The notes beneath the pieces were generated by a model. The model did not search any database. It was not told the origin of the DNA and was given only the letters and a program-made list of their open reading frames with translations. A program made the translations under genes and the position numbers. Shown one piece after another: positions 10,921-21,364 of a stretch of DNA of 38,056 bases (positions are counted from its first letter, which is position 1; each line of letters opens with the position of its first letter). Source of the DNA: Stramenopiles sp. TOSAG23-2. Taxonomy: Eukaryota. The stretch lies in the NCBI GenBank assembly GCA_900128395.1, contig LT649321.1:1-38056 (forward strand), written 5' to 3'.

Positions 10921-11459
10921 AAAGGTAAGGGAGATAGCAGTGCAATTTTACATTAGTATACATTTAGTACAGAGTAGGATTATATAGGATAAAAAGTATA
11001 AAAAGGTAAGGGAGATAGCAGTGCAATTTTACAGTAGTATACACTTAGTACAGTACAGGATGATCTAATATTTATATCTAATGCTATTTAGGCTGTAAAG
11101 CTAAAATGCTAAAATCGATCTAATTTCTTCGACGTGATATATAGCAGTGCAATTTTACAGTAGTATACAGTCAGTACAGGATTATCTAATATTTATATCT
11201 GCAAAATGCTAAAAATATCGATCTAATTTCTTCGACGTGATATATAGCAGTGCAATTTGACAGTAGTATACAATTAGTACAGTACAGGATTATCTAATAT
11301 CTAATATCTAATATCTAATATTTAATATTTAACGTGATATAGCAGTGCAATTTGACAGTAGTATACAATTAGTACAGTACAGGATGATCTAATATTTCTA
11401 TCTGCACATCTATAATGCTATTAATATTTATATTTAAAGCCGATCTAATTTCTTCGACG
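10921..11459. repeat. Irregular tandem repeat, five copies of a ~45-bp core
   Basis: Core ATAGCAGTGCAATTT(T/G)ACAGTAGTATACA..TAGTACAG..AGGAT starts at 10934, 11015, 11141, 11244 and 11339. A second motif CGATCTAATTTCTTCGACG occurs three times. Confidence 0.9.
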
Positions 11460-11721
11460 ACGAGACGAGCTTCTCTTCTTCTTCTTCTTATTTGAAAAAT
11501 GAATTATGATTTTAATAATAATTTATTCAATATATTTGTAAGATGACATCTTTACACTTAGTTCTTAGTTATACGCCGTTTTAGTGAAAAAAGAGAAATA
11601 TAGATATAAAACACCAACAAGTTCTGCATACTTTTGTTTTTGTTGTTGTTCTTGTTATTATTATTGTTATTACATATCTATATCTATATTTACATCTATC
11701 TATATATATATATACATAACC

Positions 11722-12534
11722 ATGTCGCATGCCCTTGTATTTGGTAATCCAGAACAAGGTGAAGCATTGAAACCAGAGGAAAATGTATTAAGAATGCACC
11801 CTTCCGGTTTAGTTGGACCTGCAGAGAGTGCTATTCCAGGCGGAAAAGGTTACAAAGTCCATGGCGGACCAATTGAACATGCATGGAGTCCATACGAGTT
11901 GAATGGAGGCACAGTTCTTGCTATTGCTGGACCGGATTATGCTGTCATTGCTGCTGATACAAGGCTTTGCAGAGGCTATTCTATTTTAAGTCGTAATGTT
12001 TCTAGATTGAAAAAAATGAGTGAAAAATGTGTACTTGGAACTGGAGGGTGCCATACGGATATACATACATTACATGAAATGCTTGGTATTCGATGTGGTA
12101 TGTACAAGCACAACCACGGGGAAGAGATTGGCACCAGGTCATTATCTCAACTTTTAGGAAATACGTTATATTACCGTCGTTTCTTCCCATATTACGCGTT
12201 TAATGTTCTTGCAGGATTAGATGAAAATGGTGTTGGTGCTGTTTATGGATATGATGCGGTCGGTTCTTTTCAACGCCAACCAGATGGTATCATGGCAAAT
12301 GGTAGTGGTTCAAAATTGATTATGCCAGTGTTGGATAATTTAGTTGCAGGGCAACATCGTAAAGAATGCCAAGATGGAAAAAGACAATACACTGCACAAG
12401 AAGCTGTAGAATTGGTTAAAGAAGGTTTTGTTACTGCAGGAGAACGTGATATTATGTGTGGTGATGCTGTTGAAATTATTTTAATTACCAAAGATGGTCA
12501 AACAATGGAAGTATTCCCATTGAAAAAAGATTAA
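11722..12534 (+). CDS. PSMB1: 20S proteasome subunit beta type-1 (beta6, Pre7 orthologue)
   Basis: Motifs SPYELNGGTVLAIAG.DYAVIAADTRL, LGNTLYYRRFFPYYAFNVLAGLD, AVYGYDAVGSF, AGERDI..GD and C-terminal FPLKKD. ATG at 11722 follows a TA-rich leader. Confidence 0.95.
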   Translation: MSHALVFGNPEQGEALKPEENVLRMHPSGLVGPAESAIPGGKGYKVHGGPIEHAWSPYELNGGTVLAIAGPDYAVIAADTRLCRGYSILSRNVSRLKKMSEKCVLGTGGCHTDIHTLHEMLGIRCGMYKHNHGEEIGTRSLSQLLGNTLYYRRFFPYYAFNVLAGLDENGVGAVYGYDAVGSFQRQPDGIMANGSGSKLIMPVLDNLVAGQHRKECQDGKRQYTAQEAVELVKEGFVTAGERDIMCGDAVEIILITKDGQTMEVFPLKKD

Positions 12535-12991
12535 AAAAAAAAAGAAGAACAGAAGAGACGCAAGACGCACACACATGCCGGAGAAAAAGATTTTTTTACA
12601 CTTTTGTACGCGTGAGAGTTATTATAGAATATATACGATATACGAAGTATTTATGTGTGGGAGAATATCTTGTGTTTCATAAAAACCTATATTTTAAAAC
12701 ATTTTTGTTTCAAATATCTCATTAAGCGCAAAGTTTTATATACGAACGACGTAATATAATAATTTTTTTACTTCTATATATATACATATTCCAAAAACAC
12801 ACTACTAATACACGCTGCGCACTAAGATATACGAAGTAATATGATATGAAATCTTCTAGTTTTTTTGTATCATCATATTGTAATAAAAGCATAAAAGCGG
12901 TGCTCCGTACATGAAAAATTACCCCGTGTGTATAAAAAAATAATCAAAAAGGATTTTTGTTTTTCAGGGGTAAACATCATCTCTGCTGCAT

Positions 12992-15900
12992 CTACACATT
13001 AGTTAGATCATCAGGAACAGCTTCTGCATCATTAATAGTTGTTTTAACTTCTTCATTGATTTCCTCTAAACGTTCTGTACGTTCTTCTTCATTATGAAGT
13101 ATCTCATCTGAGTTCTTCAATGCTACTTTCTCAACAACTTCTGCAAGTTTTTCACTACTATCTGTATTTTCCATTTTAACTTCGTTGTAAATAGTAGGAT
13201 CTTCATGATCAAAATTTTGCTTGTAATTTTCATCTTCAAATTTTCTAAATTTATGATATTCTGCTAATAATTTTGGTTCTATTTCAGATAAGACATCGAT
13301 TTCAAAGCGATGGCAATTATGACCACCATATCCATGAAAACAATCACACAAACCAGTTTCTTTATTACAATTACCTCGATTACTACAAACTGTGCTTTGT
13401 GTAGTACCCTTATATATATTATATAATGGACCACTGTGCAATGTACTGAATGGTTTCGATACTTGAAATGATGTCGAAGATATGATTTTATACACAGTTC
13501 GTATCTCCCAATTATTATTTACAGTGTCCATAATAGCCACACGATCATCTAATACTATATCTGATTTATCAACTAACTCAGAATGTGTCACAATGTTATT
13601 TTCCCCATTTGTCGAATCTACAGTCACGGTTTGCGTATTACTTGTGCCTGCAAATTGAACTTGTGGAAAATCTGTTGTATGGCATTCGACGTAATCATCT
13701 TCATTGTAAATACGTCTAACATATGTTCCAATATTGTGTATGTAAGAAGAAGTTGAAAATTCATTTATCAAAAATGGATTTCTGAATTCAAATTCCGTCG
13801 TAGAAATGACTGTCATGATTTCACGAGTTTGGTTGCCAACGCGAACGAAATTTCCAACAGATAATGTTTCCCCTGATGGCAATGCATTGGATAATTTCAA
13901 TTTAGTTGGGGATGAAATTGTCACATGTCCCGTCTGTGATAAGAAAATACTACTTGTTAAGTCACGGTCTTCACAAAGTATAGCGCGTATATCACCGGAT
14001 GTTCCTTGTTCATCAAAATCATTTTTCCCACGGCTGAAATCGATTTCATATCTCCAACCGGTTAAATGATAAATTTGCAACGGCGGAGTGCTAGTAAAGG
14101 GGACGTTTGGAACTGACATTGGACTGTTTATGACTAAAGACCCTGCTGCGACTGTTATAACCCGGCGTACTTCATCCCCCACGCGAATCAAATCACCAAC
14201 CAATAATGTAGTATGTTCATCTAAATCGGATGCAGAAATATTACTGCTTAAATATGTACAGTCTGTAAACGTTAACGTGTTTCTATTTGGCGCAGAGCTT
14301 TCAACAACACATTTAGATAGCATAGTCCCTGACTGTTTTGTGGTTACTTTTATATGTCGCAATGGTCTCATTGGTAAATTTAACATTGCTTTTTTAATTT
14401 CTTGCGTTAAAGTATATTTGGTTATCGTATACGATGTAGATTTTGAATAGCCATGTAGCATTTGAGATGCCGCGCTTTCCGGGAATGGACTCCAATAATT
14501 AACATCGCCTAATAACTCAGGATAAGCTTGAGTTGTATTTTTATAATACGCAATACTGATTGCAGTTATTTTACCATTTGATGTCAATGTAACTTCTGAT
14601 ACTCGACGTACGTGTGAATTAAATACAATAAAATCCCCTTGCTTCACCAAATCATAATTAATATATGGGGATGCAATTGTAATTAAATATGCATTGGTTG
14701 AGATATCAACTGTCGCACCATTTGTTGAAAGATTAAATGTATTTAAGGAAGTTATTGGTGAACTTAATATTGCTGTATGAAATTGATCACTTCTCGTGCC
14801 ACTTCCTTTGAATCCAACAATTTTGCGGTATTCATGTCCGATTTCGATGTAATCTCCTATTATTAAATAATCGTTCATTATATTGTATTCAAAATGTATA
14901 AATGCACCATTTATAAATGCCTTGGTCAATTTTAGTTGAACTGAGGTAGGAATATTTGTAGTATTATATGTTTCTCCTCGAACATCATCGTAATAACGTA
15001 GTGTAAAATTTCCACTTGCATAACCTTTGCTACTTTTAATGTATAATATTTGCCGTTCATTGCGTATTTTATATGGTGAATGACGTGTTGTTCCAAGATG
15101 TGTAAATGGATCATATCCACCATAATATGTAATAGCAGGATCATGACCTCGTGGACATTTGCGTTCTGAACAATCCCATCCTTCATATCCTGGATCACAC
15201 GCACATGCTCTGTTAAGATGCCCATCCCATAATTTATATTCCATTTTTTGCCACATTGGTGTAGACCGTGGATATGATTTTGGAAAAGTTTCTAGCAAGG
15301 TTAATGTCCGATCCCCATCATGAAATGCAACTTTAAACAAGGTTGGTATATTTCCTATAATTATTAAATCCCCACCAGTTGCTGAAATAGTCGATGGGAT
15401 AGACAATGAATCATCAAACATGACAATTTTCGATCCTTTCGTGGTTGATACACCTGAAATATCCAATAACTTTGGTGTGTCATTTGCCATTTCACTTACA
15501 CTTTTACAATGGCCATGTTCATGACAATATTTTTCACAACGTTGCTTTTCACATGCAAAACCAGTATAACCAGGGAAACATTTACATAAACCTTTAAATC
15601 GATCACAATACCCATTATTTGAACATTCCATATAAAAATGTGCTTCATTTCTTTGACTATATTGTCCAGGCCACATTTCCCAATCACCATGTGGAAAACG
15701 TTGATTTGGATAATATGGATAAAATGGTAATGATGTAATACCATCAACATCCATTGGTGGAGTAACACGGTATTGTTGATCTTTCACTAATATTTCAGCA
15801 ATGACGAAAGTATATGCTTTATCGTGTTTAAAAAACACTACGTTATCATTTACATTTAACATACTTTCCTCCCCAAAAATTGTAGCAAGTTTTGATATAT

Positions 15901-16267
15901 CGTTTGCATCGACGGTCATTACGTCGCCTAATGATGGTATAGAGGCAGATGGTCCAAAATGTGCCTCGCTTTTAGTTCTTTGAAATTCTTGATCTACAAA
16001 TTGTCTCATACTATTATCATACAAATCACCGTCAAAATTTCCATCCGTTTGTGGTGTAGTTACAAAAGATATACCACTTGGACATACTCTATCGCCACAA
16101 TCGTTGTTTGTCCACCCACCGAAACATTCACACACATCATCTGAATTACAAATTCCATGTCCCCAGCAAGAATTTGCACATGAAGCGTTGGTACATGGTA
16201 TAATACTTATTGTTATTATCAGACAAAGCGTTTTTAAAAGAATATATACAAAACGACGGTTAAACAT
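12992..16267 (-). CDS. Secreted EGF/tenascin-like protein, tubular mastigoneme family (Mas2/Sig2-like)
   Basis: Signal peptide, then CANSCWGHGIC...CGDRVCP, WEMWP...NEAHFYMECSNNGYCDR, CACDPGYEGWDCSERKCPRGHDP and KGTTQSTVCSNRGNCNKETGLCDCF. Acidic tail. Confidence 0.78.
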   Translation of the reverse strand: MFNRRFVYILLKTLCLIITISIIPCTNASCANSCWGHGICNSDDVCECFGGWTNNDCGDRVCPSGISFVTTPQTDGNFDGDLYDNSMRQFVDQEFQRTKSEAHFGPSASIPSLGDVMTVDANDISKLATIFGEESMLNVNDNVVFFKHDKAYTFVIAEILVKDQQYRVTPPMDVDGITSLPFYPYYPNQRFPHGDWEMWPGQYSQRNEAHFYMECSNNGYCDRFKGLCKCFPGYTGFACEKQRCEKYCHEHGHCKSVSEMANDTPKLLDISGVSTTKGSKIVMFDDSLSIPSTISATGGDLIIIGNIPTLFKVAFHDGDRTLTLLETFPKSYPRSTPMWQKMEYKLWDGHLNRACACDPGYEGWDCSERKCPRGHDPAITYYGGYDPFTHLGTTRHSPYKIRNERQILYIKSSKGYASGNFTLRYYDDVRGETYNTTNIPTSVQLKLTKAFINGAFIHFEYNIMNDYLIIGDYIEIGHEYRKIVGFKGSGTRSDQFHTAILSSPITSLNTFNLSTNGATVDISTNAYLITIASPYINYDLVKQGDFIVFNSHVRRVSEVTLTSNGKITAISIAYYKNTTQAYPELLGDVNYWSPFPESAASQMLHGYSKSTSYTITKYTLTQEIKKAMLNLPMRPLRHIKVTTKQSGTMLSKCVVESSAPNRNTLTFTDCTYLSSNISASDLDEHTTLLVGDLIRVGDEVRRVITVAAGSLVINSPMSVPNVPFTSTPPLQIYHLTGWRYEIDFSRGKNDFDEQGTSGDIRAILCEDRDLTSSIFLSQTGHVTISSPTKLKLSNALPSGETLSVGNFVRVGNQTREIMTVISTTEFEFRNPFLINEFSTSSYIHNIGTYVRRIYNEDDYVECHTTDFPQVQFAGTSNTQTVTVDSTNGENNIVTHSELVDKSDIVLDDRVAIMDTVNNNWEIRTVYKIISSTSFQVSKPFSTLHSGPLYNIYKGTTQSTVCSNRGNCNKETGLCDCFHGYGGHNCHRFEIDVLSEIEPKLLAEYHKFRKFEDENYKQNFDHEDPTIYNEVKMENTDSSEKLAEVVEKVALKNSDEILHNEEERTERLEEINEEVKTTINDAEAVPDDLTNV

Positions 16268-17064
16268 TCTTATTTGTAGTAGGTAACACTAAATTAAACT
16301 GTATATCGTTTTAATTAGTTTGTATATATATATATATATTGTATATCTCCAGTGATAATAATTATATATGTATATATGGAAATACGTAATATACTGTTTA
16401 AGAAATGTACTAGTACGATAGGAGATTCAAAAAGCGTTATATAGTTTCTTTCATAAAAACTATTATATATATTCATATATAGTATATATATATATATGTG
16501 ACAATTTATAATAATAATAGTCTTATAACAACAATAATAATAATAAAAAAAAACACTGTTGTGATTGGATAAATCTACAATGTATAATAATAGTAAAAGC
16601 GTAAAAGCTGATGGTATAATATTAATATAGAAGATGATGACCAGGGGATGACAGGAATCAGGAATCAGAGATGAGGGTTTTTGTGTATTCAGAATTGTTT
16701 ATAATGAAATCGATTTATCTATTATAGTCTATAGTGCTAATCTGTGTATGTTGATTTTGGTTATATAGATTTTAGATTTTTTGTGATATTTTTCAGTCAA
16801 CTCATGTTCAAGTATAATTTGTCGTAGTCATTTGATGTGGCAAGTCTCTAGTTGGTTCACCAACTTGGTGGGAAATTCAAAATTTTAGATCAAAAAAGTG
16901 TATTTTATCTACGTAGAAGAAGCAAAGAGTTGTGTGTGTGATGTTGTGTGAGAAAAAAAGACAAAAGATTCTGGGTGTCTATAATTTATATCGATTTATT
17001 TGGTTGTAATACGGGAGAGATACATACATATATATATATATACAAAAAAAAAAGATTAATTAAT

Positions 17065-19008
17065 ATGAAAGCAAAAGTATTATTTATTGCATGGCATCCA
17101 TTGGAAGCTGAAAATGGTAAAAATGCACCAATATTAGCAGTAGATTTTGTCCCTGCTTCTAGTCGTTTGCCATTTCGTATTGCAGCAACTGCTGGGCAAG
17201 ATGGTGTAGTTCGTATATGGCGTTTAGAAGATAAGGAAATTGAAATTAAAAATTCAAACAATGGTAAAATAACTCCTGTGGATGGTAACGATGAACAAAA
17301 AGGGTCAGGTACAACAACGGAAACAAGAACATCTACCAAGTTAGTTGCTACACATCGCGCGGATTTAACTGGTTTTACTTGTAGTGTTAATGCACTTCGT
17401 TTTTCACCAAACGCTGAATGTTTAGCAACAGCTGGGGATGATGGTTCTGTATTTGTATGGGGTTGTAGACGCGATCGTGGTTATTATCGCTGGGACTGTG
17501 TTACCGACGCACGCCATTTATCGAAACGTTTGATGAGAGGTCGTTGTAGTGAAATTTATGACATTGCATGGTCACCAGATTCAAAACGTTTAATGGCTGG
17601 AAGTGTTGATGGTTCCATTAAAATTTGGGACGTATCCAATGGTGATTTAGTTCATTCCATGAAAGATCATCAAGGTTTTGTACAAGGTGTCAGTTGGGAT
17701 CCGTTGAATCAATATGTTGCATCTCAAGGTGCATCATCTAAATCAACCGTACGCGTATATTCAATTGAAAAAGTAAAAAAGAAAGGTCCATTTCATATTG
17801 CTCAAACCATTTCAAGGCGCAAACGTGTTTTAGGACCATCGGAGCAAGAAACAGCGGATCGTTTAGCGGAACAAGCAGCGAAGAAATTAGAAATTGCAGC
17901 TGCGAAATTACAAGCAGAGAAAGAAGCGGAAGCTCTAAGGCAACAGCAATTATTGAATATTACTGTTGAAGATGGCGCAGTACCTGAAACTTCAACAACT
18001 ACGACTGTATTAATACCAAAAGTAAAGAAACCAAGAAAAAAATCACAAACATACGAAATGTACATGGATGATATTACTACTAATACATTTTTCCGTCGTT
18101 TAGAATGGACCGTAGATGGTTCTTTTCTTCTAACACCTGCTGCAATATTTAAAAATCCAGAAACAAAAAAAAGTATTCCAACTGTATATGCATTTGGAAG
18201 AAAACAATGGGCCAATCCGTTGTTTCATTTGCCTGGTGTGGATGATAGTGTCCCAGTAGCAGTTCGTTGCAGCCCAATAATTTATCAATTGAAAACAAAC
18301 AAAGATGGAAAAACACATCCACAACCATATATTGATTTGCCTTATAGAATGGTATACGCTGTTGCTACGATGAATTCTGTAGTTCTTTACGATACGCAAC
18401 ATGCACATCCAATTGCTTTGATTGGCAATTTGCATTATGCGAATTTGACTGACTTATCATGGTCGCATGATGGAAATACTATTTTAATGAGTTCAACTGA
18501 TGGTTATTGTTCAGTCGCTATATTTGATGAAGGTGAATTAGGACAACTTTTGCCAAAAGAAGATTTACCAGCTGCATGTAAAATTACACATCAACCACAT
18601 TTCTTTGCAAATGAAAAGAAGTTTGTACAAGAAGAAGAAGAAGAAGTACAAGTAAAAACGACGGTAGAAGATCCTACTATTACCACCACCACTGATAATA
18701 ATAACAATAACAATAGTAAAGATAATGAAACCACTGAAAAGCCAAAAAAACGTAGAATCCAATTGATTTCGATGGTTTCATCTGTACCTGAAGGTGCAAA
18801 TGCAACACCTGCAATTAATCAATTAGCACCTAGGAAAAAAAAAGACAAGACAGGCAAGAAACGTGTAGCACTTATAAATCTCTCATCTACTACTGGTGGT
18901 GCTGGTGCCGGTCTATTAAACGAATCAAGTAAAAAAACAGAAGGTGGGATAAATATATTGCAAGTAAAGAGTAAAAAGAAAATAAAACCACAATTGATTT
19001 CACCATAA
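17065..19008 (+). CDS. CHAF1B: Chromatin assembly factor 1 subunit B (p60/Cac2/FAS2), WD40 protein
   Basis: Starts MKAKVLFIAWH. Motifs IYDIAWSPD, HQGFVQGVSWDPLNQY, TFFRRLEWTVDGSFLLTPA, LPYRMVYAVAT, YDTQ, NLHYANLTDLSWS.DG and SSTDGYCS. A KKRRIQL B-domain-like motif is in the tail. Confidence 0.92.
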   Translation: MKAKVLFIAWHPLEAENGKNAPILAVDFVPASSRLPFRIAATAGQDGVVRIWRLEDKEIEIKNSNNGKITPVDGNDEQKGSGTTTETRTSTKLVATHRADLTGFTCSVNALRFSPNAECLATAGDDGSVFVWGCRRDRGYYRWDCVTDARHLSKRLMRGRCSEIYDIAWSPDSKRLMAGSVDGSIKIWDVSNGDLVHSMKDHQGFVQGVSWDPLNQYVASQGASSKSTVRVYSIEKVKKKGPFHIAQTISRRKRVLGPSEQETADRLAEQAAKKLEIAAAKLQAEKEAEALRQQQLLNITVEDGAVPETSTTTTVLIPKVKKPRKKSQTYEMYMDDITTNTFFRRLEWTVDGSFLLTPAAIFKNPETKKSIPTVYAFGRKQWANPLFHLPGVDDSVPVAVRCSPIIYQLKTNKDGKTHPQPYIDLPYRMVYAVATMNSVVLYDTQHAHPIALIGNLHYANLTDLSWSHDGNTILMSSTDGYCSVAIFDEGELGQLLPKEDLPAACKITHQPHFFANEKKFVQEEEEEVQVKTTVEDPTITTTTDNNNNNNSKDNETTEKPKKRRIQLISMVSSVPEGANATPAINQLAPRKKKDKTGKKRVALINLSSTTGGAGAGLLNESSKKTEGGINILQVKSKKKIKPQLISP

Positions 19009-19398
19009 AAAGTTTTAATTCCCAGCGAGATTTATGATTGTTCGAGCGGAGGAGCGAGGGGATAGGAGGTATACGGTATACAGAGGGAATAGGGAACAGG
19101 GAGTTTAGGGAGTGTTGATTTTTACGAGTAAATATTTTTTTTTTATTTGCTTTTATATATATTTTAATATAACTTAGATTATATAACCATATGATAATTA
19201 TATGATATTAATACGTATGCATATACTCGTATTATATGATATATACTCGTATGATATAATATTATATATATAATGTGGTACGACTCGCGTAAATATCATA
19301 TTTAATCACATATATATCAAACTCATATGAGTAAGAGAAAAACACATATATCAAACTCCACTCTTGAAACGAAATAAATATTTAGCCAAGAAGGAACA

Positions 19399-20598
19399 CT
19401 AAGGAATAACTGGCCTGCTCCTTTTGCCCTTTACGGTAGATGGTGTTTTGCGCTTTTTTGACGATGTAGAGGAATCAGACGAAGAAGATGAAGAAGAGGA
19501 GCTTGGTGAAATTTTCCTCTTTCTTTTCTTATTTGTTGACGAAGGCGATTTTACGATTAATGGCTTTTGCAAGTCAAAATCAAAATTTTCGAATAATTTC
19601 ACTCGTTCTTTACTCATTTCAACAGATTGTTTCGCTGATACAACTCTTTCTTCGGCCATTTTCACTTCTCTTTTTGCTTCTTCTACGGCTTCTTCGGCAT
19701 TTGCTACATTTTTGATTGCACGGGTATGTGATTCGATTTTACTTTCAGCATTTTCTCGAACTTTTTGCAAAGTTTCATCCATTGCATATTTTTGTATATC
19801 TTCAACTTCTTCCTTTGGAATTTCATGTTTATTAATTAATTTCGTAACTTTTTTGTGTAAATAACCGGCATAAAGTTGAAGTACTTTCGGCTTACTGGTG
19901 GAGTACCTGGTTAGACAGTTTCTAAGAATGCTACCCCCATTTCTTTGCCTTCTCACTTTATCGCATAAAATTGAGAAGTCGTAAAAATACCGCTTGCCAA
20001 CTAACGTTTTTTCAACATCAACAAAGTCTTTTTCTTTCAATTGAAATATAGTTTTAGCATCTTTCTTTGTATAAAACTCACCGATTGGTGATAAAATTGG
20101 CTCTGCATTTGAGTATTCAATGACTTGTGGCAATAGAACTTCGACCTTTTTGATTGCTTTCTGACATGCTGCTTCTTTTGCGATTCTCTTCTTTTCGTTT
20201 TCTTTCTTCTCTGCCTCATCTTTTTTCATTTTCAAGTACCCTTCTTCCCCTAAACTTTTTCTCAATTCGTTTTCCTCTCGTTTCGCCTTTGCCAAGGCTT
20301 TCTTCTCTTCAAATTTTTCTTTCAAACTATAAGCCAAATGTCGTACTTCCCAATATTTAACCAGTGTAACTTTGCCTTTTCCATATGCGTGCCATCCATT
20401 CACGACTTTCTTCTTCAACTTATGATCCAGGACCTGTTGCGGTGTAATACGAAAGGTAGATTTTGAAACTGCGGCGCACACAATTTCAATTTTATTTACC
20501 TTTTTCTTATCGGTCCAATCAAAAGGCTTGTAACCGGGCCTGAGCCTTGGATTACCATATGGTACCCACGTCTTTTTGTAATAGTTTCCCCAAGGCAT
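19399..20598 (-). CDS. Basic, probably nuclear protein with possible XPA-C-terminal-like repeats and coiled coil
   Basis: 399-aa ATG ORF. TKKDAKTIFQLKEKDF and SKSTFRITPQQV...VTLVKYWEVRHLA loosely resemble the XPA DNA-binding module. NLS-like KKRKRK. The domain call is weak. Confidence 0.6.
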   Translation of the reverse strand: MPWGNYYKKTWVPYGNPRLRPGYKPFDWTDKKKVNKIEIVCAAVSKSTFRITPQQVLDHKLKKKVVNGWHAYGKGKVTLVKYWEVRHLAYSLKEKFEEKKALAKAKREENELRKSLGEEGYLKMKKDEAEKKENEKKRIAKEAACQKAIKKVEVLLPQVIEYSNAEPILSPIGEFYTKKDAKTIFQLKEKDFVDVEKTLVGKRYFYDFSILCDKVRRQRNGGSILRNCLTRYSTSKPKVLQLYAGYLHKKVTKLINKHEIPKEEVEDIQKYAMDETLQKVRENAESKIESHTRAIKNVANAEEAVEEAKREVKMAEERVVSAKQSVEMSKERVKLFENFDFDLQKPLIVKSPSSTNKKRKRKISPSSSSSSSSSDSSTSSKKRKTPSTVKGKRSRPVIP

Positions 20599-20841
20599 TT
20601 TGTTTAAAATTTCAAGTGAGATTTGGGTTCAATGTTCAATGTAACAAAAAAATATATATTCTTTCGCTTTTTTCTTGTTTTATTTTTAAAAATCGTAAGT
20701 TGAATTACTAGAATGAGAGGTATATTAATATAGCAATCAAATTGTAACGATATATACTAATATGATCTTTGTTTGTTCGTTAAAAACATTTCTATATGCA
20801 TATTACTATATATATTATTACCGACGCACCGACGCACACAC

Positions 20842-20887
20842 AATTTAAATTTGAATTTAAATTTGAATTTAAATTTAAATTTAAATT
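20842..20887. repeat. (AATTTR)n microsatellite
   Basis: About 7.5 copies of AATTTA/AATTTG. Confidence 0.85.
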
Positions 20888-21364
20888 ATTTTTTTATCAA
20901 TCCTGGCAGTGATTTATCACAAAAGACGGAATTTCAAAACCAATATCACATATCACATATCATATTAAAATATCACCTATTACAATACTACTAATAATAA
21001 TATATACTCTCGTATTTTCAAGCTAAAATAATGGCTCGTAGTAAAATATTATCCTCTCGTATTTTAATTTTTTCAATTTTCAACTCTCGTGATAAGCACC
21101 ACATAATTCCTATCATATCCTACTCTTCTCCCCAAAAAATGAAATTAAACCATGTAAAACCAAAGCCAATATTAATATCTACGACACTGTATCTCACTTG
21201 GAAATCATACAAAAAGAAAAATGTGCGTTTAAAATGCGTTATTCGTATCTGTACCACTTAATATTTAACATGAAACAATGTATTCTATCTCCCACTAATA
21301 CCGAATAAAAAGCCATTCGACGAATGACAAATAACTCCACATGCGTTTATTTGTTTATATTTTT

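Noticed and set aside
10921..11459. CRISPR array
   Set aside because: Spacing is irregular, linkers are related to each other, there are no cas genes and the context is eukaryotic.
11584..11721. GTG/TTG-started N-terminal extensions in the ORF track (also at 7927, 16948, 23101, 37785)
   Set aside because: They mostly translate TA-rich leader sequence, and downstream ATGs fit the expected N-termini.
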